Shown: one piece after another, positions 26,700-38,817 of the stretch
Position numbering within the stretch: the first letter of the stretch is position 1
Layout of the letters: the number at the start of each line of letters is the position of its first letter
Notes under the pieces: model-generated
The model's input: the letters and a program-made list of their open reading frames with translations, nothing else
What the model was told of the DNA's origin: nothing
The model's database searches: none
From: Callorhinchus milii
Lineage: Eukaryota
Length of the DNA: 64,000 nt
Direction: 5' to 3'
Assembly (NCBI RefSeq): GCF_018977255.1
Contig: NW_024704771.1
Coordinates: forward strand, 2,356,001 to 2,420,000
Translations under genes and position numbers: made by a program

Positions 26700-27302
26700 T
26701 TCCAAGGCCCTGGATTGTCATTCAGAACTCTGCAGCTCGTGTACTGTCCCGCACCAGGCTTCGGGACCACATCACTCCCACCCTCGCTCGCCTCCACTGG
26801 CTCCCCATCCTCCAGAGGATTGATTTCAAGATCCTCATCCTCACCTACAAGGCCATTCACGGCCTTGCTCCCTCCTACCTCTCCAACCTACTATCCCCCT
26901 ACCTACCTGCCCGTATCATCCGTTCCTCCGGCTCCGGTCTGCTCCACGTCCCCCGCCCCAATCACCCTACCATTGGTGGTCGGGCCTTCAGCCTCTCAGC
27001 CCCGAGGCTCTGGAACTCTATCCCCCAGTGTCTTCGCCGCTTCCTCCCTCTCCTCCTTCAAGGCCGGTCTCAAAACCTTTCTCTTTGACCGAGCCTTCAG
27101 CTCCCCTCTCGACTCTCTTCCCCCTTCTCACTCCCTCCCATCCCTCCCCTCAACCTAACCATTTCCCCCCTCCTCGTTCCCTCCCCTCCCCTCACCCTGA
27201 CCATATCCCCCCTGCTCGGGTCATGACCCAACTGTGTAGCGCCTTGGGACGTCCTCCTGACGTGAAACGCGCTTTATAAATGGAATCTTGTTGTTGTTGT
27301 TG
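26700..27302 (+). mobile_element. Young L2 (CR1/L2 clade) LINE 3' end
   Basis: Reads IQNSAARVL...DHITPTLARLHWLPILQRIDFKILILTYKAIHGLAPSYL...GGRAFS...APRLWNS, followed by a C-rich UTR and the tail gcgccttgggacgtcc...gtgaaacgcgctttataaatgg(TTG)n. Confidence 0.92.
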
Positions 27303-27717
27303 TCAAGAGTTTGCACCCGAGCTGGGGTTGGATTCTGGAGGGGTGGAGGCTAAGGGACTGAGGTTGGAAGAGGACTGAAGGTGCAGTGAAAGAGGAGGTT
27401 TTGAGACAGACCTTAAAGAAGGAGACCTTGACAACATGTGACAGAGCCCTCAGCCTCTCACTACACCTGCCCACACATCACCCGAAGCTACTTAGTTAAT
27501 GTACATGTCAAATTGTGCTCAATAGACAGGATTGCGAGTGCATTCACTCCATCCAAGATCAATGTCGATTTTGCCTTTCTTTTTTCAACTCAGGTTTCCT
27601 GACCAATAATCCCCCAAATAAAATTGGTAACTCTCTCCATGGCTATTTTGGTGACACTTCTGGTCATTAACTGGATTCACGGGGTCACTCAGGAAATTTC
27701 CCAATTTGCCGCATACA

Positions 27718-28050
27718 AAAACAACAACAAGATTCCATTTATAGAGCGCCTTTCACGTTGGGAGGACGTCCCAAAGCGCTGGACAGTTGGGTCAGGACCC
27801 GAGCAGGGGGGAAATGGTCAGGGTGAGGGGAGGGAAGGGAGGGAGTGAGGAAGGGGGAAATGGTCAGGGGGAGGGAAGGGAGGGGGCGAGGAGGGGGGAA
27901 ATGGTCAGGGTGAGGGGAGGGAAGGGAGGGAGCGAGGACGGGGTAGAGAGTTGAGAGGGGAGCTGAAGGCACGGTCAAAGAGAAAGGTCTTGAGACCGGC
28001 CTTGAAGGAGGAAAGGGAGGAAGCGGCGAAGGCACTGGGGGTTAGAGTTC
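27718..28050 (-). mobile_element. Young L2 3' end (inverted relative to 27000-27302)
   Basis: ORF 27739-28035 peptide is nearly the same as 27028-27279. (CAA)n plus an L2 tail on the plus-strand left end. Confidence 0.88.
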
Positions 28051-29493
28051 CAGAGCCATACCCAGTCTGCCCCAGACCAAGGACCCATCAGCGTCTATTC
28101 AGAGGAGAGAGGATTGAGTTCAAAATCTTCATCCTCAACTTCAAGGACCCTCCATGGCTACCAAATTCCTACCTCTGTGACCCGCTGACCCCATATCATC
28201 CTGTCCTTTCCCTCCGGCTTGCTTCACATTCCCCGCCCAGCCTGACCGACCATTTGTAATCGGGCCTTCAACCTTTCTGCCCTCACCTTTTTGAACTCCG
28301 TCCCATATTCCTTTGCCTTGGCCCATCCATTGCCTCCTTCAAAGTATGTTTCAAGAACCTCCTCTTCGACCGAGCCTTCAGCCACCCTCCCTACCTTCCA
28401 CCCTCCCCGATCCCGACCCACAGCTTGGGTCCAAATCCCTGACTGTCCAGTGCCTTGGGCCATCCTCCCGATGTGAAAGGCACTTTACAAATGTAATTTT
28501 GGTTTGTATTGTTTTCAGGTGGGTTGTGAAGGTTTCCTTCTTCAAGGTCTGTCTCAAAATCTCCCTCTTTATCATGTCTCACTATGTGTAATTTACTGAT
28601 TGATGTTGAGACATCGGAAAGGTCTTGCAAGGGGGAGTGTCATGGGCATATTGTTTCTCAGGGATCTCCTATCTTTGATGAGCTACGTTTAAAAAAATAT
28701 TTAATTTATTTAAGCTACAAAATATTAGGTATAAGTGGTATTCTGTAACAAAATAGTGCCAGAGATATCACACACTCTTGTAGAAATATACATCTATACT
28801 AATACAGAAAACAATTCTGACTGTGTGTCTGTCCGCTAATAAGACAACAACCAATTGACGTAGAAATATGCTTTATACTTCATGGGAAAGGTCTAGGGTG
28901 TGTCATGGGAAAATTGCTTAGAAGGATCTCAAATTGTTATATAAAGTAAAATAATCTAATATAAAGTATAATAATCCTTGCATTTGATATAATGCTTTTC
29001 ACATCTTCTAGAGGTCTCAAAGCCTTCACAGAATATACTGTTAAATGAATTTACTATATATTCATGCACAAAATGCACATATATAGTACAGATTATATTA
29101 ATAATGTGATATGAAGTATAGCAATCCAATATAAAGTATAATTATCTAATATGAAGTACAATGATTTAATATGAAGTATAACAATATAATATAAAGTATA
29201 ATACTGAAATCTACATTCCATATTCGATGCTTTGGTCACTCGTGTAGCTGCAACGAGTACATCCCTACACTATATCACACATAGCACCCCTGCACTGTGT
29301 CAGCTAGTTATTAATAAGTGTAAAGCCACGTGAAAATATTCCCCACGTATTTTGCTTTCTTAATCCCAACAGAGGCAACTCGGGCAATGCTTTCAAATTC
29401 AGAACGGTTGAGCAAGGTTTAATGTAAACAGAATCCACTTCAAGGGTTAATGTAATCTCTTCCCAGGCGGGGAATTCACAACATGGAGATCCT

Positions 29494-29800
29494 TAATAAT
29501 CCTTGCATTTGATATAGCGCTTTTCACGTCGGGAGGACGTCCCAAAGCGCTTCACAGAACATACAGTAAAGTGAATTGACTGTATATTTGTGGGCGAACG
29601 CGGCAGCCAATTGCGCACAGCAATGTCCCACAAACAGTCGTAGATTGAAAATGACCAATTTATTATTGTTTTGTTTTTTGGAGGGATTATTATTAGGTGT
29701 GTGGAGTAAGGAAACTTGCCCAAGGTTTCGCCCTGCCTGGAATTGAACTCAGGTCTCTCGCTTGCAAAGCGAGTGCTCTAACCACTGAGCTACAGGACTC
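29494..29800 (-). mobile_element. Same SINE family, young copy
   Basis: Reverse complement is nearly identical to 2934-3258. Confidence 0.9.
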
Positions 29801-30179
29801 CTTGGGTCAGACTATCCAAAGGGGAAGTGAAAAGTCAAGTCAGACCGCGATGGTGAGCAATGAAGTAAAAATAAACAGCGGCTGGAAACCGAGGCTAAAT
29901 GCAGAGGTTGTGAATGTTGAAGAATAATTGGTGAGTGAGGTTTGGCCTGAATTAGCCTGCCTTCCCCCTGCCACCACTTCTAAGAATGGGTTAAATAAAC
30001 GAGGAGTCCTGTAACTCTCCTCACAAGCGAGAAGACGTGGTTTCGATTCCTGGGCAGGGAGAAATGTTTGGAAAGTTTCCTTACTCCACACACACACCTC
30101 TGTTTACTGAGCAGAAAGTAGCAACCCAGTTGTCAGGAGTTTTAAAATAGTTTTATCAAACAAATGTGCCATGTTACAA

Positions 30180-30800
30180 GTTAATAAATTCCTTACTGCT
30201 ACAAGGATAGACTGAATAGGTTAGGCCTTAATTTGCTTGAGGGGAGACATTTAATGGGGCCCTATGTTTAAAATTCTAAAAGGTGACCATAAATAAGCTG
30301 TTCTCACTGGTTGGGGATTACATAACCAGGGGACACAAATATATATACATTTGTCAGCCAAGGTCTGACACATGCGGACACCCAACACAGTGCTTAAGCT
30401 GAGATTTGCATCCATCCCACCGACACATGGAAACCCCAGAGATAGATTGTTGGAATGGATTGTACAGTCTCTCCCTGGAGGGACACATCCCACTTACATA
30501 ATTCCAGATACTATCAGGCGCAGGTTGGCAAGAGCCAAGGCTTGGGGAACCCATAGTGTATGTTGGGGTAACTGCTGGAGTCTAACCAGTTAAAACTACA
30601 TAGCTTGCCATTGATATCACTGTCTGGCAAACGTTCCCGCTGCGTGTCCAGCTTGGACCATACTACCTGATAGGCCTTTGGCTGTAGGGTTAACAGGAGC
30701 TGAGAGGGAGGATTCCCTGCTGATGAACCAGGCCGGGCTGGGCTGCCATGAGCAGTGGCCTGGAATACTACAGACCCTCCTCGCTTAGGAACCGGACTAG
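30180..30800. repeat. Unclassified dispersed repeat (copy; inverted near-identical copy at 61745-62090)
   Basis: Shared motifs gtctgacacatgcggaaacc, gaaatcccagaga.agattgttgg and ggggtaactgctggagtctaaccag recur at about 2740-3470, 26550-26660, 42690-43020, 61745-61900 and 62990-63620. Confidence 0.8.
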
Positions 30801-32017
30801 AGACCGTCACAGAGGGCTGCTCGATTCCGACATCCCATTGCTAGGCACGTAACCTTGGAACCAGTTCAGCTCCGCGGAGACCTCGTTTATCTCCCCCCAA
30901 GGAGGACAGTCCCACAAAATATTAGGCACCAAGTTATACAGTTGGTTTGAGAGATCTGAAGTGTCTGCTTTCAAAGAAAGTTCCTTCAGGATCAAAGGTT
31001 GAAAAGATAAGTCCAGTTACTGCACAACAAATCCCGAATGTGGCACTTGATGAGATGCGCTGTTTGAGGCGGGAACTCTGTTTAATGAGGAACTGTGTGA
31101 ATGGAAACCACAACTTCAACCAACACAATTTGGCAAAGACGATAAAGTAGACGAGTATTTCACGCAATCCTCAGCACCACACGTAATTATTAAACAGCTA
31201 ATCCTCTGTCTGCTGGCAGTAATGATTTCCTGTTATGAATGACTTGTGAATCCATGTTGCAACCGTGAAAGCCAGTCTTGCCGTCAAAATGCACGTCAAT
31301 TTGTCTTGTTTTAAGTTCAGCAACAAACAGAGCATGAACTATAACATTCTAATAATAAACCAGATACACTCCTCAGATTAACACAGCTATTAATCCAGCA
31401 AACTGCTCCAGTAACCGCCAGCATCAGCAATTGTGGGAAGTTCAATTTATTTACAGAATGTGGTCACCTTGCTATACAGCTGTTACACTGGTACATTGGT
31501 TTTGAGGTAAACAATATACCTTTCTGACCAGCCTGACACGGAACTTGCATCAAAGGATATATTTTGGAACTACAACAAATGCACATATCGTATTTATCCA
31601 GTGCCTTTCACGTCGGGAGGATGATCCAAGGCGATGGATAGTGAAGAGTTTGCATCTGAGCTGGAGGTGAGAATCAAGAGAGGCAGAGGGCAAAGGGAAG
31701 GGAGGATGACAAGAGCAAACTACATGACCAAAGAGGAAGGTCTTGAGATGGACCTTGAAGGAGGCAAGTGAATTAACAATGTTATTTGGGGGATTGTTGG
31801 CCAGGACACCAGGTGAGGAAGAGAGAAAAACTCCCTTCTCTTTTTCAAATAATTTCTTCAAGTGAGCAGCAATTCTTCACACGATGAAGAGGCAAAGGAA
31901 CATTAGTGCAACAAACATGATGTGTTATAACCTAATGGCACAAGAGGCCATTCAGCTCCCCCAGCCCAGCCCAGGCTGCCACAGCTTCTCATCTCCAATA
32001 TCAGTTTCACAATAATG

Positions 32018-32227
32018 TTATACACTCTCCTCTCCATTAGATCTCACTCCAGTTCTGTTTGTGGGTTGTGTCTGAGCCACAGATACACAGTCTGGAGATG
32101 TTGGTGACACAATCCTCCTCCTGAAGGAGAGAAACAGAAACCAGATGATTAATAGTTGTCCCCACTACAGTGTTACCGACTCCGTACTTACCGAGAGGTC
32201 TCTCACATCACAGACTCCTGTGTGTCA
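32018..32227 (-). other. Gene A residual cytoplasmic-tail exons (32192-32227 and 32018-32120), downstream of the stop
   Basis: tttcag|36 nt|gtaagt and ccttcag|GAGGAGGATTGTGTCACC...GTATAA, near-identical to 59633-59658 and 59726-59828 of gene B. Confidence 0.7.
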
Positions 32228-32836
32228 CTGAAACATACATAGGCGGTGGGTGATAGGAGCAGCCTCCGCGCCAGCGTCAAAGATATCCTCACCCCACTCC
32301 CACTGCCCCCCACCTCAGTTTGACCATTGACCCTGTCCCTGTAAAGCACTCCAAGATGTTATCCAATATGAAGGGCATTGTATAAATATAAGTTCTTGTT
32401 TCCTATCCACATGTCTCTGTTTACACAGTAGAACACAGTCGTTAGTCGATTGGCAGATCACTTTCTGGGGTGTGATAATCGCTCGAAAGAAAGAAATAAT
32501 TTGGCCACTCAATCCACAACTGTTTTGGGACACACTGTGCGCAATTGGTTGCCTTGTTTCGCCCACAAGACACACAGACAATTCACTTTATAATATATTC
32601 AGTGAAGCGCTTTGAGACGACTGAACAAGGTGATGAGGTGCATATAAAGTGCAAGGTTTATTTCTTGTTACTGCTGTTTTTTAGGCTGACGTGGAGGATA
32701 ATTTGTTTATCGCCTGTTCAACAAACACTCATGAAGTGATTCAGCAATTGTCTGGAGGATTGTTGGACAGGACAAGACAGTGGGAAGCTGACCTTATCCG
32801 AGTGCTTAGTGTCGTCTCAATACCTTTTGCATCTCA

Positions 32837-32895
32837 TTACGTGGACAACAACAACAGCAGCAGAACAACAAGAATAACCCAGTGATGGCTTCCAC
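32837..32895 (-). CDS. CD2/SLAM-family gene A, terminal hydrophobic (putative GPI-signal) exon
   Basis: tgtttcag acceptor. Reads GGSHHWVILVVLLLLLLST* (TAA at 32839-32837). Homologous to the TM exon at 59123. The total CDS is 28+372+279+59=738 nt (245 aa). Confidence 0.8.
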
Positions 32896-33870
32896 CTGAA
32901 ACAGATTGGAAATGTAATTAATAACAACAATAAAACAATAATCCTTGGATTTGATACAGCGACTTTCAGACAGAGAACCTCTCCAAATGCTTCACATGAT
33001 TTACTGGTAAATTGCAGTGACTGTTTTGTGGGTGAACACGGCAGTCAGTTTGCGCAAACCAATGTCCCACGAGCAGCTGTGAAGTGAATGACTGGATGTA
33101 TCTGGGGGATTGGCAGCCAGGACACCGAGAGAGAGAAACTCCTTCTGTTTTGCTGCAGGATCTTTAACTTCCGTCTGAACAGGCACAGACAAGACATTAA
33201 TTTCACAACTCATCCAAAGGACGGCACCTCCAAACAGCACTGAATTGCAGTGTCACCTGAGACAGGAGTCCCAAACCCTGATGCGGGGGCTTCAATCCAC
33301 AACCTCTGACTCAGAGGCAAGAGTGTGACTGATTGAGCCCGGATGACGCACAATTATACACCAATTAGCCTCCATCCCTCCTGCCCCCTCCCCAACCTTT
33401 TGGCAAAGATCAAGTGTAGCATCTATAATAACAATAATGATCCTTGCATTTGATATTGCACCTTATCACATCTTTGAGACGTTATTCAGGATTCTCTTGA
33501 GATGATATTAAGTCGGTAAAGCCAAATAATATTATTAAAATCAGCGGTATTGTAACATTACAATACATTTACGCAATCAGCACAATTGAGATCATATTAC
33601 CTGATCCCAGCTTCTGTTGCAACTCAGTCAGTTGCTCTTCTCTGAACCTCTGCCCTAATTACACACTTCCACTTCCTTTTATAACAGTAATATAACTGTT
33701 TCGAAAAATGTGGCTGTGTTGTTTCTACACAGCTGTGCTGAAAGCTGGTGCTGCTTATCCTGACCTCTGATCTGTTTTTTTTTACTTCCTCAATCTTGCA
33801 ATTATAGCAAGATTTTGCTTCCCCACAAAATTAACCAAATCTTGTTTCCATCTACTGCAACGTTAAAAGT

Positions 33871-33978
33871 ACTCCACCCAAGAATGTAAACAACTCCACC
33901 CAAGAATGTAAACAACTCCACCCAAGAATGTAAACAACTCCACCCAAGAATGTAAACAACTCCACCCAAGAATGTAAA
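33871..33978. repeat. 22-bp perfect tandem repeat x5
   Basis: actccacccaagaatgtaaaca at 33871, 33893, 33915, 33937 and 33959. Confidence 0.95.
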
Positions 33979-33980
33979 GA

Positions 33981-34198
33981 AAAACAGAAGTCGCTGGGAA
34001 CACTCAGCAGGTCAGGCAGTATTTGTGGAGAAAGGTAAGTGAGTCAATGTTTCGGGTCATTGACCCTTCGTCAGAACCTGTGGTCCAGTCCGTTAGCTTC
34101 AGTTCTGACGAAGGGCCGTGGAGTCGAAACGTTGACTCACTTTCCTTTCTCCATAGATGCTGCCTGACCTGCGGAGTGTTCCCAGCGACTTCTGTTTT
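33981..34198. mobile_element. Penelope-like element inverted terminal (pseudo-LTR) pair
   Basis: Two antiparallel ~97-nt arms (33981-34077, 34102-34198) of ctgacgaaggg...gaaac.ttgactcact..cctttctcca.a.atgctgcctgacctgc.gagtgttcccagcgacttctgtttt. Confidence 0.75.
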
Positions 34199-34633
34199 GG
34201 CTTCAGATTTCCAGCACTTGCAGTATTTTTTGTTTTGTCTGTACAAGAATGTTCCTGACTCATCAGTTGCTCACTTTCATCCTGGCATCTAGTCCCTTAA
34301 ATGATTTTAATATTACTACTAATAGCTTGTTTAATAGCCCTTATACATAACCCCACCATCATCACACTTGAGCAATTATTCTCTACAGTGTCTCTAAGCA
34401 CTTCACAGAATATACTGTCAAGTGGGCGAAACACAGCAGCCGATTTCATATAGTGACATCCCACAAATAGTCATGGATTGAATGACCACATTATTTATTT
34501 GTTTGAACGTTTGGTTTTTGTTTATTAATTTATTTTTGACTGATGAGAGTGTGGTGTGTATCTGCCTAACGCATGGATTGGATTTCCTGATGTCAGGTTG
34601 TGTCAGTGTAGGATTGTTCTCTCTCTCTCTCAC

Positions 34634-34912
34634 CTGCTGAGCTGCTGTCAGGGCACAGATCTGCAGTGACTGGTTTGCTGGCTGTCTGGCTGACCGGGTT
34701 GTGAGCCACACACGTGTAGCTGTCTCGCTCCCGCCCCGTGACGTTGCTCAGATGTAATGTGGACCCATTGTAGACGACTGTGTTACCAGCAAAGCCCGAG
34801 ACTTTCTCCCAGTGAAACAGTGGGTTTGTACCGTTGGGAGCAGAGCAGGTCAGAGTGGCAGCTGGCACAGAGCAGTTAGTGGTTACCTTCACCACGGGCT
34901 GGGCCACGGGCT
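34634..34912 (-). CDS. CD2/SLAM-family gene A, IgC2 exon
   Basis: tgtttcag acceptor and GCAG|gtgaga donor, 279 nt, phase 1-1. Reads EPVAQP...NCSVPAATLTC...W...YTCVAHNPVS...DLC, a four-cysteine C2 domain with the NPVS motif characteristic of the CD2/SLAM family. Confidence 0.93.
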
Positions 34913-35314
34913 CTGAAACACACAATGTCACATCAATGTCAATATCACACAGTAAATGTCATTCTTTACACAACTGTTTGCCGAGTCCGGTGTCCGGCTC
35001 ATGTGGAAACCCATCACTGTACTTGTGATGGTCCAAACCAGACTGAGAGCATCTCTGCGAAGAGAAGGTGACATAAAAATACTTTTCCTGTCAATTAATA
35101 CAGCACTTAATGACATAATAATATTCACTGTATTGGATATAATGCTTTATCATGTTGTTCAAACAACGAGAACAACTTATCTATGTGGCGCCCCAGCATA
35201 GAGTACCAGAGGCATCTCAGAGGGCTTCACAGAATATATTGTAAACTCTCTGCTGCGTTCATCCACAAACACAGAGCCACCACAACTTATTGTGAAATCT
35301 TGTGAAGTGCTATT

Positions 35315-36457
35315 ACTTGTAAGAAAGATAGAAGCCCATGGTATAAAAGGGAGAGTGGCAGTGTGGATCCAGAACGGGCTGAGTGACAGAAAGCAGAGAG
35401 TGGTGAACGGCTGCTTTTCTGACTGGAGGGAAGTGTACAGTGGTGTCCCCCAGGAATCAGTATTAGGACCACTGCTCTTCTTAACATACATAAATGATCT
35501 GCACTTGGGTATAGCAACACCATTTCCAAGTTTGCGGATGACACAAAGTTAGGTAGGGAGGTACACAGTGAGAAGGATAGGAGTCAACTGCAGGAAGACA
35601 TAGACAGAACGGTAAACTGGGCAGACACATGGCAGAGGAGTTTCAATGTGGAGAAATGCAAAGTAATGTATTTTGGAAGAAAGAATGAGGGGAGGCAATA
35701 TAGGCTGGTAATACAATCTTAAGGGGGGGGTGAAAGAACAGAGAGACCTGGGGGTTCAGGTAAATGAATCCTTGAAGGTGGCAGAACAGGGAGATAAGGC
35801 TGTAAAAAGGGCATATGGGATACTTGGCTTTATAAATAGGGACATAGAGTATACAAGAGTCAGGAGGTTATGATTAACTGATATAAACACTGGTTAGGCC
35901 TCAGTTAGAATACTGCGCCCAGTTCTGGGCACCACACTACAGGAAGGATGTTAAGGCATTGGAAAGGGTACAGAGGAGATTTACGAGGCTGGTACCAGGA
36001 ATGAGGGACCTTGATCATGAGGAAAGGCGAGAGAGGTTAGGATTATTCTCATTGGAGCAGAGAAGGTTACGAGGAGACCTCTTCGAGGTCTTCAAAATCA
36101 TGAGGGAATTTGATAGGTTAAAAAGGGAAAAACTGTTTCCACTGGTGGGTGTGTCGGTGACTCGAGGTCACAGATTCAAAATAGTCTCTAAAAGAAGCCG
36201 AGGGGAGGTGAGAAGGAATTTTTTCACGCAGCGAGTTGTTCGAATCTGGAACACATTGCCTGAAAGGGCGGTCGAGGCCAATTTGATAACTACTTTTGAA
36301 AACGTGGTGGATGGGTATTTGAGGAGGACGGGTTTACAGGGTTATGGGGAAAGGGCTGGGGAGTGGGATTGACATTACATTGCTCTATTCAAAGACCCAG
36401 CACAAACTCGATAGGTCGAATGGCCTCTTTTTGTGCTGTGCAATTCTATGATTCTAT
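35315..36457 (+). mobile_element. CR1 LINE 3' fragment
   Basis: RT C-terminal motifs (SKFADDTKL, LERVQRRFTRL, LFSLEQRRLRGDL, FFTQRVVRIWN) and a ttctatgattctat tail. Closely similar to 48840-49980. Confidence 0.93.
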
Positions 36458-37066
36458 AAGACGTTTGGATGATGCTGTGCACAATCGGCTGCTGCATTTC
36501 ACCCACAAAACACTCACAAAAATCTACACATACCTGTGAAGTGAGTGAGGATTTTCATCCAGTGAATTCCTGGCCAGGACACCGGGAGAGAGAAACTGCT
36601 TTTCTTTTCAAATAGGCCGTGGGATTTTTAACATCCAGAGGCACAGACAGGACCTTAGTTTAATGTCTCATCCAAAGGACATCACCTCCAACAACAGCAC
36701 CTCCAACAACAGCCTCCAGCAACAGAATGTGCTGTGAAGTGAATTGACTATATATTTGTGGACGAAACGCAGCAGCCAATTGCACACAGCAGTGTCCCAC
36801 AAACAGTCATGGATTGAGTGACCAAATTATTATTTTTTTCTTGAGGGATTACTATCAGGCTTGAGGACTAAACTTGCCCAAGGTTTTGCCCTGCCAGGAA
36901 TCGAACCAAGATCTCTTGCTTGTGAGACGATTGCTCTAACCACTGAGCTACAGGACTCCACAACTATTAAGTGTTATTGGAGTATAATTCCAACGTGGGG
37001 TCTTGAACCCACAAACTTCTGATTCAGAGACGAGAAGGAGCCTAATCCAGCCAGACCAGTACTCAC

Positions 37067-37438
37067 CAAAGACTTTCAGATGAAATGTAAGCTCATCTCT
37101 CTGCCGCAGCACCTTTCCCAGGTAGTTTGTTTGGATGCGATATTCTCCACTGTCTTCCATGTGGACATCTTTAAGTAACAAAGAGCGATTGACTGTGAGC
37201 TGAACCCGGTCTCTATAGAGAGGATGGACAATATGTGCATTTCCTATAGAGAAGGGCTGATCAGAATTCCAGCCGAGGATTTTAATTGAGTGTGGGCTTT
37301 CCCGGCGAGCTGTCACTTCGTATTTCATGTTGTTGTCGTGAATTACAGGGAACTGGACATCTTGACCGACGGAGAGATTGGTGACTGTGTCCGGGATGGC
37401 CCTCACAGCCGGGCTGCCCAGTCTGACACAGAGCAGGA
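37067..37438 (-). CDS. CD2/SLAM-family gene A, signal end + Cys-less IgV exon
   Basis: ctctttcag acceptor and TTTG|gtgagt donor, 372 nt, phase 1-1, open. Reads LLCVRLGSPAVRA-IPDTV...LYRDRVQL...SLLLKDVHMEDSGEY...LKVF. The V domain lacks the canonical disulfide, as in CD2/SLAM N-terminal domains. Confidence 0.92.
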
Positions 37439-38817
37439 CTGAAAGAGGAGAAACAGCAAAAATTTACAAACAACAGCAACAACTTGCACTTATATAGCGC
37501 CCTCCACACAGGGCAGCATCTCAGAGCGCTTAACAGTGGTGGAGCCTAACTCCGAGCCGGGGGGATACAAGGGCTGTAAGCACAGTTGAAGAGGAAAGTC
37601 TTCAGGCGAGACTTGAAGGAGGGGAGAGTGGGGGCAAGGCGGAGGGATTGAGGGAGAGTGTTCCAGAGTTTTGGGGTCTGCTGCCGATCTCTGATGGTGG
37701 GTGCAAGGGACGAGTGCCAGGAGGTCAGAGTGGTAGGGAGCTGCCAGGGAGTGAAGGGATTTGAATACGAGTGTGAGGAACCTGAAGTTGATCTGTTTGT
37801 TAATGGGGAGTCAGTGGAGCCTGAGCCAGAACTGGTTATTGTGGGTACGGGCTGTGGTGGAGGGAGGACAGCTGGGGACCAAACTGGACGCCGAGGTTGA
37901 ACACTGGTTCGGTGCATCTGAGGGAGAGCCCCGGGAGGTTGAGGAGTGAAGACATTTAAACTGCAGAGGTGAAGCACAAGACAACTGAGAGGTGGGACCT
38001 GTTGGTGAGTCTAACGCGAGTGGACAAAAAAAAAGCAGCAACAGCTTTTCTTCAGCTCCTTAACTCAAACCAAATAGATTCTGACATTAATTCCTCTGGA
38101 CATCATCCCTTTCCAGGACTGAACAATAACTTTGATCAATATTGCCAACCCCATCAGCTTTATTTCCTACCCTATCCCTGCTAAATATATTTTATTCAAT
38201 CATGGAATCCTGTAGCTCAGTGGTTAGAGCACTCGCCTCGCAAGAGAGAGACCTGAGTTTGATTCCCACCAGGACGAAATGTTGGGCAAGTTTTCTTATT
38301 CCATACGCCTCTGTTTACCAGGCAATAAATAGGAACCCGGGTGTTAATCGATTAGCAGATCGCTTTTCCAGAGGTAATAATCCCTCCAAAAAACAATCAT
38401 AAATTAGTCATTTTAATCCATGACTGTTTGTGGAACATCGCTGTAAGCAATTGGCTGCCCGTATCACCCAGAAAATATATGGTCAATACGGTTCACAATA
38501 TATTCTGTGAGGCGCTTTGAGACGTCTCGAAGATATGATAAGGTGCTATATCAAATGCAAGGATTATTATTGTTGCTATATTATTTGTAAAGGAAGTGCA
38601 TGCAATTCATGGTGTGGGGAAGGGGGAGAAAGAGAGAGGGGGGGACACACAAATGCTGTATCTGATCACTGTAAATCAATGGCATATTAATCTTTGCAAG
38701 GACAGGCAGTTTAAAAAACTGTAGCCTTCAATGCAAAGTCTTGCTACTCTGTAAAAAGGAGATCTACCACTGCGGCACCAGAAAAAACCCAAACTTCCAT
38801 ACCCGGGTGAATATTAC

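Noticed and set aside
28950-29220. AT-rich degenerate repeats (also 55190-55330)
   Set aside because: Low-complexity sequence with no consistent period or recognisable element.
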